DNA of 64,000 nucleotides from Pristiophorus japonicus. Its lineage: Eukaryota. Both the position numbers and the translations under genes were made by a program. Where the stretch lies: positions 15,314,001-15,378,000 of the forward strand of contig NC_091979.1 of the NCBI RefSeq assembly GCF_044704955.1, written 5' to 3'. The notes under the pieces are model-generated. The model ran no database searches and was not told the origin of the DNA. It was given only the letters and a program-made list of their open reading frames with translations. Every line of letters begins with the position of its first letter. The stretch's first letter is position 1. Positions 14,701 through 27,424 of the stretch are shown here, in pieces.

Positions 14701-17700
14701 AAACCAGTGGAGCATCTACTCACTCAGATTTCAATCTCAATTTTCCCCTCAGCCTTCAATGCTCTTCCTCCATATAAACCCCAAACATACCAGTGACCAC
14801 CAATATTCCTGACAATTTTTTGTGTGCACAGCCTCTTTAAATTACAGCATGTGTTGGACCTCCAGATTGCTGCAAGGCAGCACAGCTTTAAGGGAACATT
14901 TGTCAGTCACCCCATACTCATGACCTCTATTCCCATCATCTCAATTACAGGCATGGCCATCTCCGAACACTTCCTCAAAGCCCTTACCACCCATGTATTC
15001 AGAGCCCCTTCCAACCACTGACCTTTGATACCCTGGTCCCCAGAAAAACCCTTTCCCATCCTGGGATGGCCCCCACACCCTCCTCATGTAGAATGGGACA
15101 TAACACTTGAGCGCACCAGGCATACAACTAGTTTAGCCATCCATCACAAGATTTGGCTGGACCACATCAAGCACTGAACTAGGAGCCATCAATAAATCCT
15201 AAGATTGGGAGAAATTGCCTTACCCAGAGTGGTTAGAATGTGGAACTTGCTACAAGGAGTAATCAAATCAAATAGCATAGAAACATTAAAGGGATGCTCA
15301 ATAAACACATGAGAGAAAGGAATAGAAGGATATGAAAGGGTTGGAAGAGGGGTGAGAGGCTTGTGTGGTGCAGACATTAGTATGGACCTGTGGGCCAAAT
15401 GGCCTGTTTCTGTGCTGTACATCATCACTGTTCCTCTGCCAAAAACTCACTCCAGGATCATTCTATAAAGCTTCATCTCCACCCTCCCCACTGCCCCCTC
15501 CACCCAAACAGGTGCAAGGAGCTTCTGTAACCAAGGTTGACATGTTTTGTTCACCGTCATTCTCATTTCTTCCCCCCCAAGCCAAGTTCCCCCCCAAATG
15601 TTCTCTAACCCTTTCTCCAGCTGATCCACCCATCATGCCCTGAGCTTGTTAAGTGTCCATTCAATCAACCTCCTGTTCCTTAGCCCTACTCACCACCCAA
15701 CTGGCTCCTATGCAATTGTAAATGGTTCCCTCTCCTTGTGCAATGTCCCCATCCCTTTCAAAATCAATCATCATTCTACTCAATCCCCCTGTACTTGCAA
15801 AGCACTGCCCCATCTCCAATCTCCTTCAGTTCTTTTTTCATTGAAAATAGATTTGAGGCATAAACTCAATGCTTCAATCTTTACAAAACAGGAATCCAGC
15901 CCACCACAAGACCAAAAATGACATCTGCAATGGTGATGGGACTTTAGACTTCTGCAGTCTATGGTCAGTCACATCCCCTATTGTCCAGCTCAGCAGAACT
16001 GTCCTTGCTTGGTCCAATAGCACTATTCAAATCCTAGCCACAGCTGCTCCAGCAATTGCATCATAGTACCCCAAGGATCTACTGTTGCTGCTCCACTACC
16101 ACCCCACCCCCTCCCCCAACCTAGTTCCTGGATGGTCTGCCATTTTGACCAATTAAATATCAAAGACTGATGCCATCCTCTTGGACCCTTGCCACAAACT
16201 CTGCACCGTTCTTGCTACTGATCCCAGCCCCCTTCCCGGCCACCATCTCCTGTTGAACCAGATGGTTTGCAACCTTGGGCTGTATCCGACCAAGTATCCT
16301 CTCCACCACAAAGCCCACCTCCAACATCGCCCCTGTCCACCCTGCCTCAGCCCATCTGCTGACAAAATCCTCATCCATGTCACTGTCTCTTCCAGACTAG
16401 ACTTCAATATTTTCCTGGCTAGCCTCTCAAACACTGTTTTGAAACTTCTGCTATCCCACACCAAATCTTGTTTACCCATCACCTCTGCCCACGCTGATCA
16501 CTCAACTCAACCCACTGCAAATACCTCAATTTTAAATGCTGTTTAAAAATCATTTCCATGGCCTTGTATCTCCCCACTGAAAACCTTCTCCAGCCCTATA
16601 ACTCACCGTGAACTCTATTTCTCCAACTTTTGGTTCATTCATCTTTCACCCCATTGGCAGTTGCCTTTGGCCAATAAGGCCCCAAACCCTGGAATAAATT
16701 CACTACACCACTTCATCTTTACCCCCAAATTTAATTTGAAGATTAAATTGCTAATTTTTTTTGGAGAAAATAATTAGAGGCAGCAGCAATATTTCATAAA
16801 AAATAGTGTTCAACAAATAAACAATCAGCAGGTCACGAGCCGCTGTAGAGACAAACAGTTAAGGAAACAAAAGGCAAAGGTCAGAGATAGGAGTGAAGTG
16901 ATAGTCCAAGTAAAAGAGGGTTTTAAGGGAAAAATAAAGAGAAAGATGGGTCCATAGGATAATGCTTGACAAACAGCATTTTAAAAAAAAATGGTAGATG
17001 GGGAAAATGCAGAGGGTGCAGTATATACAGACTTTCAGAAAGCCTTTGACAAAGTAAAACAATTTGGAAAAGATTAAAAAGGCATGGAATTCAGAAAAGA
17101 GCAGCAAATTGCATTAGAAATTGTTACAAAAATGGGGAAATGGAGAACAGGATTTAAATGCAGTTTCTCAGTAGGTTAAAAATAGGTAGCCCAGTGTTCT
17201 GGACTATTTCGGTTACTGCGTACAATGATTTTGTTATAGGGCTAGAGAGGGATATCCAAATCCACAGACTGTACTAAAATAGGAGGCACAGTAAATAATT
17301 CTAGGGGCCCAAAGGAAGCCAAAAGTTGCGTTGGGAGGTTTCCCGCGGACGCAAGCCCTGACCACCGAATGTGATGTGCACCTACCTGCAGTCCCGGTGT
17401 ACACGGAGAATTCCGCTTTGAACCGGCAGAGTCCTGGGCAGCACATGACGTCACGCTGCCCAGAAACACTGCGCGTGCGAAGCCTGTGGCTTAATTCAGA
17501 AAACAAAATCGCCCACAAGACCGTTCCTAAAAAAAACTCCAGTCTTTTTGTACGGAGCTGCCATTACTATGAATGGGAATACCCCCAAAACAAAAAATAC
17601 TAAATTAAAAATACTCATTTCAGATTAATAGAAATTTAATTAAATGTTTTAGGAAAAAAATTAAGCAGGCCTTACGCTTGTCTTTACCAGGTGCAAGTTT

Positions 17701-20700
17701 TAAGGACATTTACTGGGCAGGGGTTTCTCCACCAGCAGAGGCCCTTTTACTTTTGCATTCATAAGATCGGTTAATAGAAATTGACAGATTGCAAGTGCCA
17801 GGTTTAGGCACATGTACAGAGGCCACACTTTGCAGCCAGATATTGGCAAGATGTGGAATGGGGGGAATAATAGCCAGTAAATTTGAAGTGGGAGAGCAGA
17901 GATATTTGAGGTTCAGATCCACGAGATCTGAAAAGCAAATCTCATTTGGATAAAATCTATAAAAAAAGCTAACGAAACATGGTTTTATGGCAAGAGTTAT
18001 AGAATACAAGTCGATTGCAATGGTGAATCGATTATAAACCTTAATAAGATTATAGTTGGATTAGTGTACACAGTTTGGGGGTCCAAGAAGGATGCTGGGC
18101 AATAGAGCAGGTACAGTGCAGATTCACCAGGCTGCTGCCTGGTACAAGGAAATAGAAAAAGGCGTCAAAAAAATGGAGGTTGTTTACAAAAAGTGAAATG
18201 ATGGGTGATAAAATTATGATGGGATAGGACAGAAGTAAATCAAAATAGAGCATTGCCAATGGCGCAAGGGGTCTAGAACAAAGACATGGATGAAAGATTA
18301 AATACAAGATGTAGAATAGCAAGCAGATTTTTTAAAACACGAGGATTGTAAGGCTGTGAATGCACAACTTGAGTTAGTGACTTAAACATGACCAAGTCAT
18401 ACTTTTAAGAATGGGTTAGATAGGTAGTGGGAAAGAGGGGATAAAGGGAAAGGGCAGGAATATGGGCCTAATATTGCTTGTGTGAAAGATGAATAGCAAC
18501 AAAGATTGGTTGAGCCAAAGGGCCTGTTTCTATGTTGTAATTTGTCTTTGCAATAATAGTGTTCCTAGACCACAGGACACTATCCTACTCCCACAATTAC
18601 CCCTCGTCTCATGCACCCCCCCCAGAATTACCCCTTGTCTGCTCCCCCACAAATTACACCTCGCCCGTGCCCCCCCCCACAATTACACCTAGTTCAACAC
18701 TCCCCACCACAAGCTATAGCACACTACCTAATTCCAAACCCAAGGCTCAGCTTTCTCCCAATTCTTTTCAGCCCAGCCCCACGTGTCAGTTGCCCATTTT
18801 CAGCACTTCGAGGCCCACCTCGCCCCAAACCCAAAAGACGTGGCCTCTTAATTTCAGAATTAAAAAACCACAACAAAAGCTGAAGCAGGCTTTGTAAAAT
18901 GAGTTATGCCTGACTTAAAGGTATAGCTGCCAAACAGAATTATTTAATTATTTGTCACAGCTGGCATTGAGCATATGGCTGTATACTGCCATCAATAATG
19001 TCTTGAATTTGAGAATACAGGCAGACTAAGCAGAGAACAGGAGAAAGAAATCAGAGATAAAAGCAGGTCACAGCAAGCAAGACAAACACCAGGGCGTGAG
19101 TGAGAACAAGCTAAACAGAGTGAATGACAAGAGTGGTAGATAGTGATAAGTGAATTAGAACACATCTTGTGACAGCAAGTCAGAGACACCTAGCACACTT
19201 AATCATGCACCTTGATATGCATTTTTATCCTATTAGATAGAAAGCTTATTTGCAACTCCCTGATGGTTTGAAGAAGGAAAACCAGTCTTGCAGCAGCCGT
19301 GGACTGTACTACCCTAAATACAGCATTTCAATTATAGGTACACTGAAATAATTTTGGTAACTTTTGAAACTTAAAAACATTTTTATTTTTATTGCAAAGC
19401 AGTTACATTCACAACCTGAAAAACATACATCATTTGCTTAGGGTGGGGCACAGGACAAGGTGTAATTATGGGGGAGCAAACAAGGGGTAATGTGTGTGCG
19501 GGGGGGGGGGTGCATGGGACAAGGATACATTCTGCACTTGTAAGAATGCCAAGTAAATGATTCTCCCCCAAAGTGGCATTATCCTATTGTATGTGGCAGA
19601 ATAAGGCCATCAATTAACATGGTTTATGCTACAATTTGTTATTACAATGGTCCAGTCTCATGGGGGAGCAATCCCCACTTTGATCACACAGCCTATTGTT
19701 CTAATGTGGTTTAAATGAAAGAAAATAAAATGTCACGGCTATCGCTTTCTGAAAAAGGGAAAATGCCTTTTTAAAGATTAAAACAAAAGAAGTCAATAAT
19801 TTAAGTTCTATCACTGACATCAAAATTTATTTCAGACAAAAAAAGTGGTCCACTACTGTATGCTACAATGAACCCAGCTATTGTTAATTCACAAGGAAGC
19901 ACAGGCATGTAGTATCATGGAATTTTGCAGCCCTGAAGGAGACCATTCAGATCCCCATGTCTGTGCCAGCTCTAAGAGTCAGAGGTATACATCAGGAGAA
20001 AAGCAAACTACTGCAGATGCTGGAAATAAAAGCAGAAAAAAGCATTTCAATGTAATCAATTTCAGTCGAATTCTTGATGGACTAGTTTACAAAGGTTGCA
20101 ATGAATGACTACTTCAAAGACTTGTTGCAGGCTTATTGCAAACATGAGGCAGCATTGGGCCAATGACCTTTCATCAGAACTGGATAATGTTGAGAGATTA
20201 ACAGATTTTAAGCAATTAGAGCCAGACAAAATAAAGAGGTGGAGAGAAGGAAAGAACAAAGGGGAAGGTCTGTGATAGTTAGGAGGGATTCAATGACAAA
20301 AGGGCCGATGGTGCAAGGGAAAAGGAGGCGGAAAAGTAAAGGAACAAGAGATGGGTAGAGGGGAGGTGTAAATGACAACAAATAGCAGAAGGCAAAGGAA
20401 GCATGAGGAATCTGGCAAATAAAAGGTTCCTGTGGCCTGTGAATGTTGCAGAAAAAGTTGGATTGACTTTAGGGGTGCAGACAACCCCAGCAGCCATGCA
20501 ACGATAGGAAGCCCCACCCCATACCTCCTTCACTTCCAGTGGCTCTGGTGCAGCCACCCTTCTTTACCAGCACCTGCTGTCCAAGAGAAAACAGGAGCAA
20601 TGGTTAAGATCTAACATTGTTAAACTCAATGTTACGGTCAAATGGCAGTTAACGTGCCCAACAGAAAGATGAGGTGTTCCTCGTGTTTGCAATCAGTATA

Positions 20701-22704
20701 ACGGGAACAGTATAGGAGGCCAAGGACAGGAGTGGAGAGTCAGAGGGGGCTCGATCAGATAAGTCATGATCTTATTGAATGGCAGAGCAGGCTAGAGGGG
20801 CCAAGTGACCGACTCCTGCTCCTATTTCATATGATTTGAGAAAGATGGAGAATTACAGGGTCATGCTTGTGGACTGAACTGAAGTGTTCAGCAAACGATC
20901 AACTAATCAGCACTTAGTCCCCCCTATGCAAGAGGTGACCACAAATTAGAGATACATGTAAATCACTGTTTGGGGCCCAGGACAGTGGGAAGGGAGGAGG
21001 TGAAAGGGCAGGAATTGCTTCTTGTGTGTTTGTATGGGAAGGAGGCTGGAGGAGAGCAGGTGTCAGGAGAAACAGAAGGGAAATGAGACTTTCACCACAT
21101 CATATTTTTTCAGTTATCAGGTATTTAGCCACTTCCTTTTTAAAAAGCTATTGTGAATTGTGCTTCCACTGGTTCTATACAAATGTACCAGCCGTCAAGA
21201 TTTTGAATTTCCTGTAAACCACTCACTTCACTGATTCTCAAAACTTAATCCTCTCATCAACTGTCAGATTGACACAGGAACTACAAATCATAAAAAGCCA
21301 ACCCTTCTTTCCAGATGCTGTCAGACCTGCTGTCTGTTGAGATTACAAATTGTGCTTTCATTTTAATTTCAATTTTTTAAAAAACTACTATTATGCTGAC
21401 TTGCTGTCTTTCATTATAGTTGGGAAGCTTAGTAACATGGGCACACAACAAATGTCTATCTGGGCCCCAATAAGGTGGCACCAGATAGGTGCCCAATGCC
21501 ACTAGCAGAATAAAAACATATCCACTAACATGCTTCCCACCACTAACAGTTGGCCTAATGGAACAAAATGTTCCCGTTAAAAAATATCTTCAGCTATGGC
21601 ACAGGCACAAGGGGCCGAATGGCCACATCAGTCTATGATGTTGACTGGTACCACACTTTAGGAAGGATGTAAAGGCCTACGGGAGGTTTACCAGGGTGAT
21701 ACCAAGGATGAGTTCTGAGAATGGAAAAGCTGGCATTGTTCTCCTCAGCCAATAGAGGTAGTCAAAATTATGAGGTGTCTTGATAAGAGCACAAAGTGTT
21801 CCCACTGACACAGGACAAGTCAGACCTGTTCCCATTGGCAGATGGGTCAAGAACCAGGACAGATTTGTTGATTGTTAAATAATTCTTGCCTGTAGCCACA
21901 GAAGTGGTTAAGATCTGGAATACATTACCTGAAAGGGTGATGGAGGCAGACTCAATTTTATCTTCAAAAAGGGAGTTGGCCAAGTATCCAAAGGGAAAAT
22001 ATATAGGGCAGGGAAAAGACTGAGAGTTGGCACAGGCTCAACAGGTCAAATAGCCTCCTGCCATGCTGTAACCTGTCAGTAACCAGAGATCACAGATTTA
22101 AAATAATTGACTAAATGACAAATGCCCTCACAAAGGGCTGTTGAGATCCAAAATGCAGTACCTGAATTCTTAAAAGTACTTGGAGAACTCATTTGCAGAG
22201 TCTTATTTCCAGGGAAAGGAGAGTGGCCATTTAGGACTGAGGAGAAATTACTCAGGGTTGTGAATCTTTGGAATTCTCTACCCTAGAGGTCTGTGAATGC
22301 TCATTGAGTACAAGGTTGGGATCAATAGATTTTTGGGCACAAAGGGATCGGCCGGGAAAGGTAGTATTGAGGTCAAAGATCAGCCATAATCTTATTGAAT
22401 GGCAGAATGGGCTACACTTAATACATTCAAGCTTTCCAGCATAGCTGAGGACACACATCACCTCATTCCTTTCTATAGTCACTCATGGTACGTGGGAGTC
22501 ATTGGCAAGGCCAGCATTTACTGCCCATCCTTAATTGCCCTCGAGGTGGTGGCGAACCACCATCTTGAATCGCACATTGCCATGGATCCAGTCACATATT
22601 GGACCAGACCAGGAAAGGACGTTAAGTGAACCAGTTGGGGTTTTATAAAGAAAACACAGTAATTTCAGTCACCATTAATGATAGCCTTGGTTAATCCTCA
22701 CCAG

Positions 22705-22920
22705 TGGAACTAGACCTAGCTGTGTCGAGCCAGTGTGGTAGTTGGCGTACAACGGCCATGCCACGCCTTAAAAAAAACCCACACAGGCACCTCCCACCCT
22801 TCATTATGCAGTTCGGGACCCAGAATGTTGGGTCCCTCATTGAGGACACCCGTGAACTCACCCCTTTTTAGTGTGGGAGCAAATCACCCTCGACATGTGG
22901 GACCACCCAAGAGGGAATGA
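22705..22920 (+). mobile_element. RTE-tailed SINE-like element, truncated and diverged copy
   Basis: Aligns with 40664-40899 (gacctagct...caacggcca...aaaaaa...cacaggca...gtgaactca). Confidence 0.7.
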
Positions 22921-22979
22921 TAGCAGCTGCAGAGTTTAATTTATATATAATTTAAACTGAAATTTAAATTCCCCAGCTG

Positions 22980-24070
22980 CCGTGGTGGCTTTCCTTCGTG
23001 TCCGTCAGTCACTGAGTGAGTGACCGCACCTCCCCTCCCTTGCAGTGCAGATCAGCACGTGACAAGTGGGGGGGGTTTACCCGCAGGATGACTCGCGCGT
23101 GCGCAACCCCGGCGCCGGTTCGACTGGTCTCTCCGCAGAGGGCGGGAGGAGGTGACGCATGCGCGCCTGAGAACGCCCCCCCCCACCACACACAACCCAA
23201 TCTCTCGCTCGGGGAGTGAGGGGGCTCAGCCACCGCACATGCGCAAAGGCATGCCCGCCAGCCTCTTCGCATAATCGCCTCACCAAAGGGGGACGTGCCG
23301 CCATTTTAAGTGCCTGCAGTTAATGGGAGGGGGGAAAAAAAAAGTACGCGACTATCCCCCCTCCCCCCCCCAATTTTTAAAATCGACGTCGCTGCCGAGA
23401 GAGAGAGCGAGAATAAGAAAGAAAGAAAAAAAAAGAGAGAGAAAGAAAGAAAAAGAAAGGAGAAAAGAGAGAAAGAAAAAAAAAGGAGTTTCCGAGTTGC
23501 CCCTCACGCCCCCGTCGAGGCCCAACGCATCGTTCCGCGGGTAAGCCACGAAATAAAAAGGCGGGAGTGCGCGGCGGGCGAGAAGGAGGGAGATTGGCAA
23601 GGCCCCGAGCGCGGGAGGCCGTTACTCGGAGAGGAAAAAAAAAAGGTGCGGCACAAATTTTTTTTATTTTAAATTTCCTCATCAAACCGATGCTGAAGCC
23701 GCTTGTTTTTTTTCCCCCCACCAAACTAAAAAAAAGCTGACAGGAATAGAGAGAGAGAGAGAGAGGGTGGGGGGGAAAAGAAAGAATAACACGATACAGG
23801 GAGACACATACCATTCTCGTCTTCAACTGGCGCGCTTTGCTCGGAAATGCTCGAGAGCGCTTTGCGACCTTAAATACGCATGCGTAGCTACGCCCCGGGT
23901 CCGCCACTACGCATGCGTATGGGGTTGGGGCGGGGGGGGGGGGGGCTCCCGCACGTACGTACGTACGGGGCGAGCGCCGCCACCGCGGTTGACGTCGCTG
24001 CGTCACGGCGACTTGGCCTGGTCCCCGCAACGCGCATCTCCAGCCGCTTTTGCATCCCCTTTGTGCCAAT
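22980..24070 (-). promoter_or_regulatory. CpG island/promoter of alpha-tubulin gene A
   Basis: High CpG density, TATTTAA (minus, 23870-23876), GC box, YY1-type CCGCCATTTT (~23298-23307) and NRF1-like CGCATGCG palindromes. Confidence 0.85.
23812..23814 (-). CDS. tuba: Alpha-tubulin gene A, exon 1 coding part (ATG only)
   Basis: Minus strand gacgagaATG|gtatgt inside the CpG island, ~56 nt downstream of a TATA-like box. Vertebrate alpha-tubulins have an intron right after the ATG; the phase 0 join gives MREC. Confidence 0.85.
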
Positions 24071-24346
24071 TTGGATCAGTCAAGTCAGTGTGACTCCCGC
24101 ACATGCATCTTGCAAGATGAGATTTAGTGCAGATCAACCAAGTTCAAAACCCGATAGATTTTCCAGGGGGTCGGCAACATAAAACCTTTTTTTTTTTAAT
24201 TTATGACCTTCAACGTTCATATCAGCCTCCCTGATAAAATGCAACATCCCCACCGACACCTGGGAGTCCCTGACCCAAGACCGCCCTAAGTGGAGGAAGC
24301 GCATCCGGGAGGGCGCTGAGCACCTCGAGTCTCATCGCCGAGAGCG

Positions 24347-27227
24347 TAAGAACATAAGAATTAGGAACAGGAGGAGGCCATCTAGCCCCTCGAGCCTGCT
24401 CCGCCATTCAACAAGATCATGGCTGATCTGGCCGTGGACCCAGCTCCACTTACCCGCCCGCTCCCCTTAATTCCCTTATTGGTTAAAAATCTATCTATCT
24501 GTGACTTGAATACATTCAATGAGCTAGCCTCAACTGCTTCCTTGGGCAGAGAATTCCACAGATTCACAACCCTCTGGGAGAAGAAATTCCTTCTCAACTC
24601 GGTTTTAAATTGGCTCCCCCGTATTTTGAGGCTGTGCCTCCTAGTTCTAGTCTCCCTGACCAGTGGAAACAACCTCTCTGCCTCTATCTTGTCTATCCCT
24701 TTCATGATTTTAAATGTTTCGATAAGATCACCCCTATCCTTCATAACTCCAACAAGTAAAGACCCAGTCTACTCAATCTATCATCATAAGGTAACCCCCT
24801 CATCTCCGGAATCAGCCTAGTGAATCGTCTCTGAACCCCTTCCAAAGCTAGTATATCCTTCCTTAAGTAAGGTGACCAAAACTGCACGCAGTACTCCAGG
24901 TGCGGCCTCACCAATACCCTGTACAGTTGCAGCAGGACCTCCCTGCTTTTGTACTCCATCCCTCTTGCAATGAAGGCCAACATTCCATTCGCCTTCCTGA
25001 TTACCTGCTGCACCTGCAAACTAACTTTTTTTTGGGATTCATGCACAAGGAAGGCAGCGGGCGGTCGAGGGGGTCGTTCAACCTGACTGCCTGCCTCTCT
25101 TCCGCGCGTACATCCGCGCCAGGGTGTCCTTGGAGATGGAGCACGCGGTGTCCACCGGTACGCTCGCGGCCTTCCGCGAGAGGTGGGCACCGGAGGGACT
25201 GGAGTGCATCGTCACGCCCGGCAACCAAATTTTAATTTGATTTTATGTTTTAAAGTTTAATTTGTTTTAATTGCCGGTGTTTTTTAGTGTCCCCATCCCC
25301 TTTTATAGGGGGCACTTAGGAAAATAATATTATTTTAGTGCCCAAAAAAAAAGAAGAAAAAAAAATGAAAAATGGGCGTTGTAAATGTTTGGTGCGTCCC
25401 CCAGATCGGGGGGTCACGGTTTAATGTTTTTGTTTACTCCAAAAGAGTTTCATGCACAAGGACCCCAGGTCCCTCTGCATCGCAGCATGTTGTAATTTCT
25501 CCCCATTCAAATAATATTCCCTTTTACTGTTTTTCTTCCCAAGGTGGATGACCTCACATTTTCCGACATTGTATTCCATCTGCCAAACCTTAGCCCATTC
25601 GCTTAACCTATCTAAATCTCTTTGCAGCCTCTCTGTGTCCTCTACACAACCCGCTTTCCCACTAATCTTTGTGTCATCTGCAAATTTTGTTACACTACAC
25701 TCTGTCCCCTCTTCCAGGTCATTATGTATATTGTAAACAGTTGTGGTCCCAGCACCGATCACTGTGGCACACCACTAACCACCGATTTCCAACCCGAAAA
25801 GGATCCATTTATCCCGACTCTCTGCTTTCTGTTAGCCAGCCAATTCTCGATCCATGCTAATACATTTCCTCTGACTCCGCGTACCTTTATCTTCTGCAGT
25901 AACCTTTTGTGTGGCACCTTATCGAATGCCTTTTGGAAATGTAAATACACCACATCCATCGGTACACCTCTATCCACCATGCTCGTTATATCCTCAAAGC
26001 ATTCCAGTAAATTAGTTAAACATGATTTCCCCTTCATGAATCCATGTTGCATATGCTTGATTGCACTATTCCTATCTAGATGTCCCGCTATTTCTTCCTT
26101 AATGATAGCTTCAAGCATTTTCCCCACTACAGATGTTAAACTAAACCGGCCTATAGTTACCTGCCTTTTGTCTGCCCCCTTTTTTAAACAGAGGCGTTAC
26201 ATTAGCTGCTTTCCAATCCGCTGGTACTTCCCCAGAGTCCAGAGAATTTTGGTAGATTATAACGAATGCATCTGCTACAACTTCCGCCATCTCTTTTAAT
26301 ACCCTGGGATGCATTTCATCAGGACCAGGGGACTTGTCTACCTTGAGTCCCATTAGCCTGTCCAGCACTACCCCCCTAGTGATAGTGATTATCTCAAGGT
26401 CCTCCCTTCCCACATTCCCGTGACCAGCAATTTTTGGCATGGTTTTTGTGTCTTCCACTGTGAAGACCGAAGCAAAATAATTGTTTAAGGTCTCAGCCAT
26501 TTCCACATTTCCCATTATTAAATCCCCCTTCTCATCTTCTAAGGGACCAACATTTACTTTAGTCACTCTTTTCCGTTTTATATATTGGTAAAAGCTTTTA
26601 CTATCTGTTTTTATGTTTTGCGCAAGTTTACTTTCGTAATCTATCTTTCCTTTCTTTATTGCTTTCTTAATCATTCTTTGCTGTTGTTTAAAATTTTCCC
26701 AATCTTCTAGTTTCCCACAAACCTTGGCCACCTTATACACATTGGTTTTTAATTTGATACTCTCCTTTATTTCCTTGGTTATCCACGGCTGGTTATCCCT
26801 TCTCTTACCGCCCTTCTTTTTCACTGGAATATATTTTTGTTGAGCACTATGAAAGAGCTCCTTAAAAGTCCTCCACTGTTCCTCAATTGTGCCACCGTTT
26901 AGTCTGTGTTCCCAGTCTACTTTAGCCAACTCTGCCCTCATCCCATTGTAGTCCCCTTTGTTTAAGCATAGTACGCTCGTTTGAGACACTACTTCCTCAC
27001 CCTCGATCTGTATTACAAATTCAACCATACTGTGATCACTCATTCCGAGAGGATCTTTTACTCGGAGATCGTTTATTATTCCTGTCTCATTACACAGGAC
27101 CAGATCTAAGATAGCTTGCTCCCTTGTAGGTTCTGTAACATACTGTTCTAAGAAACAATCCCGTATACATTCTATGAATTCCTCCTCAAGGCTACCCCGT
27201 GCGATTTGATTTGACCAATCGATATGT
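24347..27227 (-). mobile_element. Young CR1 LINE, ~2.9 kb, 5'-truncated, ORF2 (end of endonuclease region + RT) with frameshifts
   Basis: ORFs 26141-27292, 25759-26127, 25421-25762 and 24382-24744 give KSPGPDEMHPRVLKE, NYRPV, QHGFMKGKSCLTNLL, FQKAFDKVPH and FADDTK; tail (ttcttatg)n. Confidence 0.96.
25052..25448 (+). mobile_element. 3' fragment of an L1/Tx1-like non-LTR element inserted into the CR1
   Basis: Flanked by 14-bp TSD TTCATGCACAAGGA (25038-25051, 25449-25462). Encodes RQRAVEGVVQPDCLPLFRAYIRARVSLEMEHAVSTGTLAAFRERWAP...*. Absent from the sister CR1 at ~50365. Confidence 0.7.
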
Positions 27228-27424
27228 AGCATGCAGAATTCAAGCGCAGGCAGCGGAAAGAGCGTGCGGCAAACCAGTCCCACCTGTGACAAGAGTCTGT
27301 GGCTCTCGTATCAGCCACCAAAGAACTCACTTCAGGAGTGGAAGCAAATCTTCCTCGATTCCGAGGGACTGCCTATGATGATGATGATATATAGATACAA
27401 GGAAATTCTTGATCTCTAAATCTA

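Larger units (their letters stand above)
24224..27387 (+). mobile_element. RTE-clade 3' fragment split by a CR1 insertion (pieces 24224-24345 and 27228-27387)
   Basis: ...tcgccgagagc | [CR1] | agcatgcagaa...gactgcctatgatgatgatg. The uninterrupted version is at 42590-42885. Confidence 0.85.
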
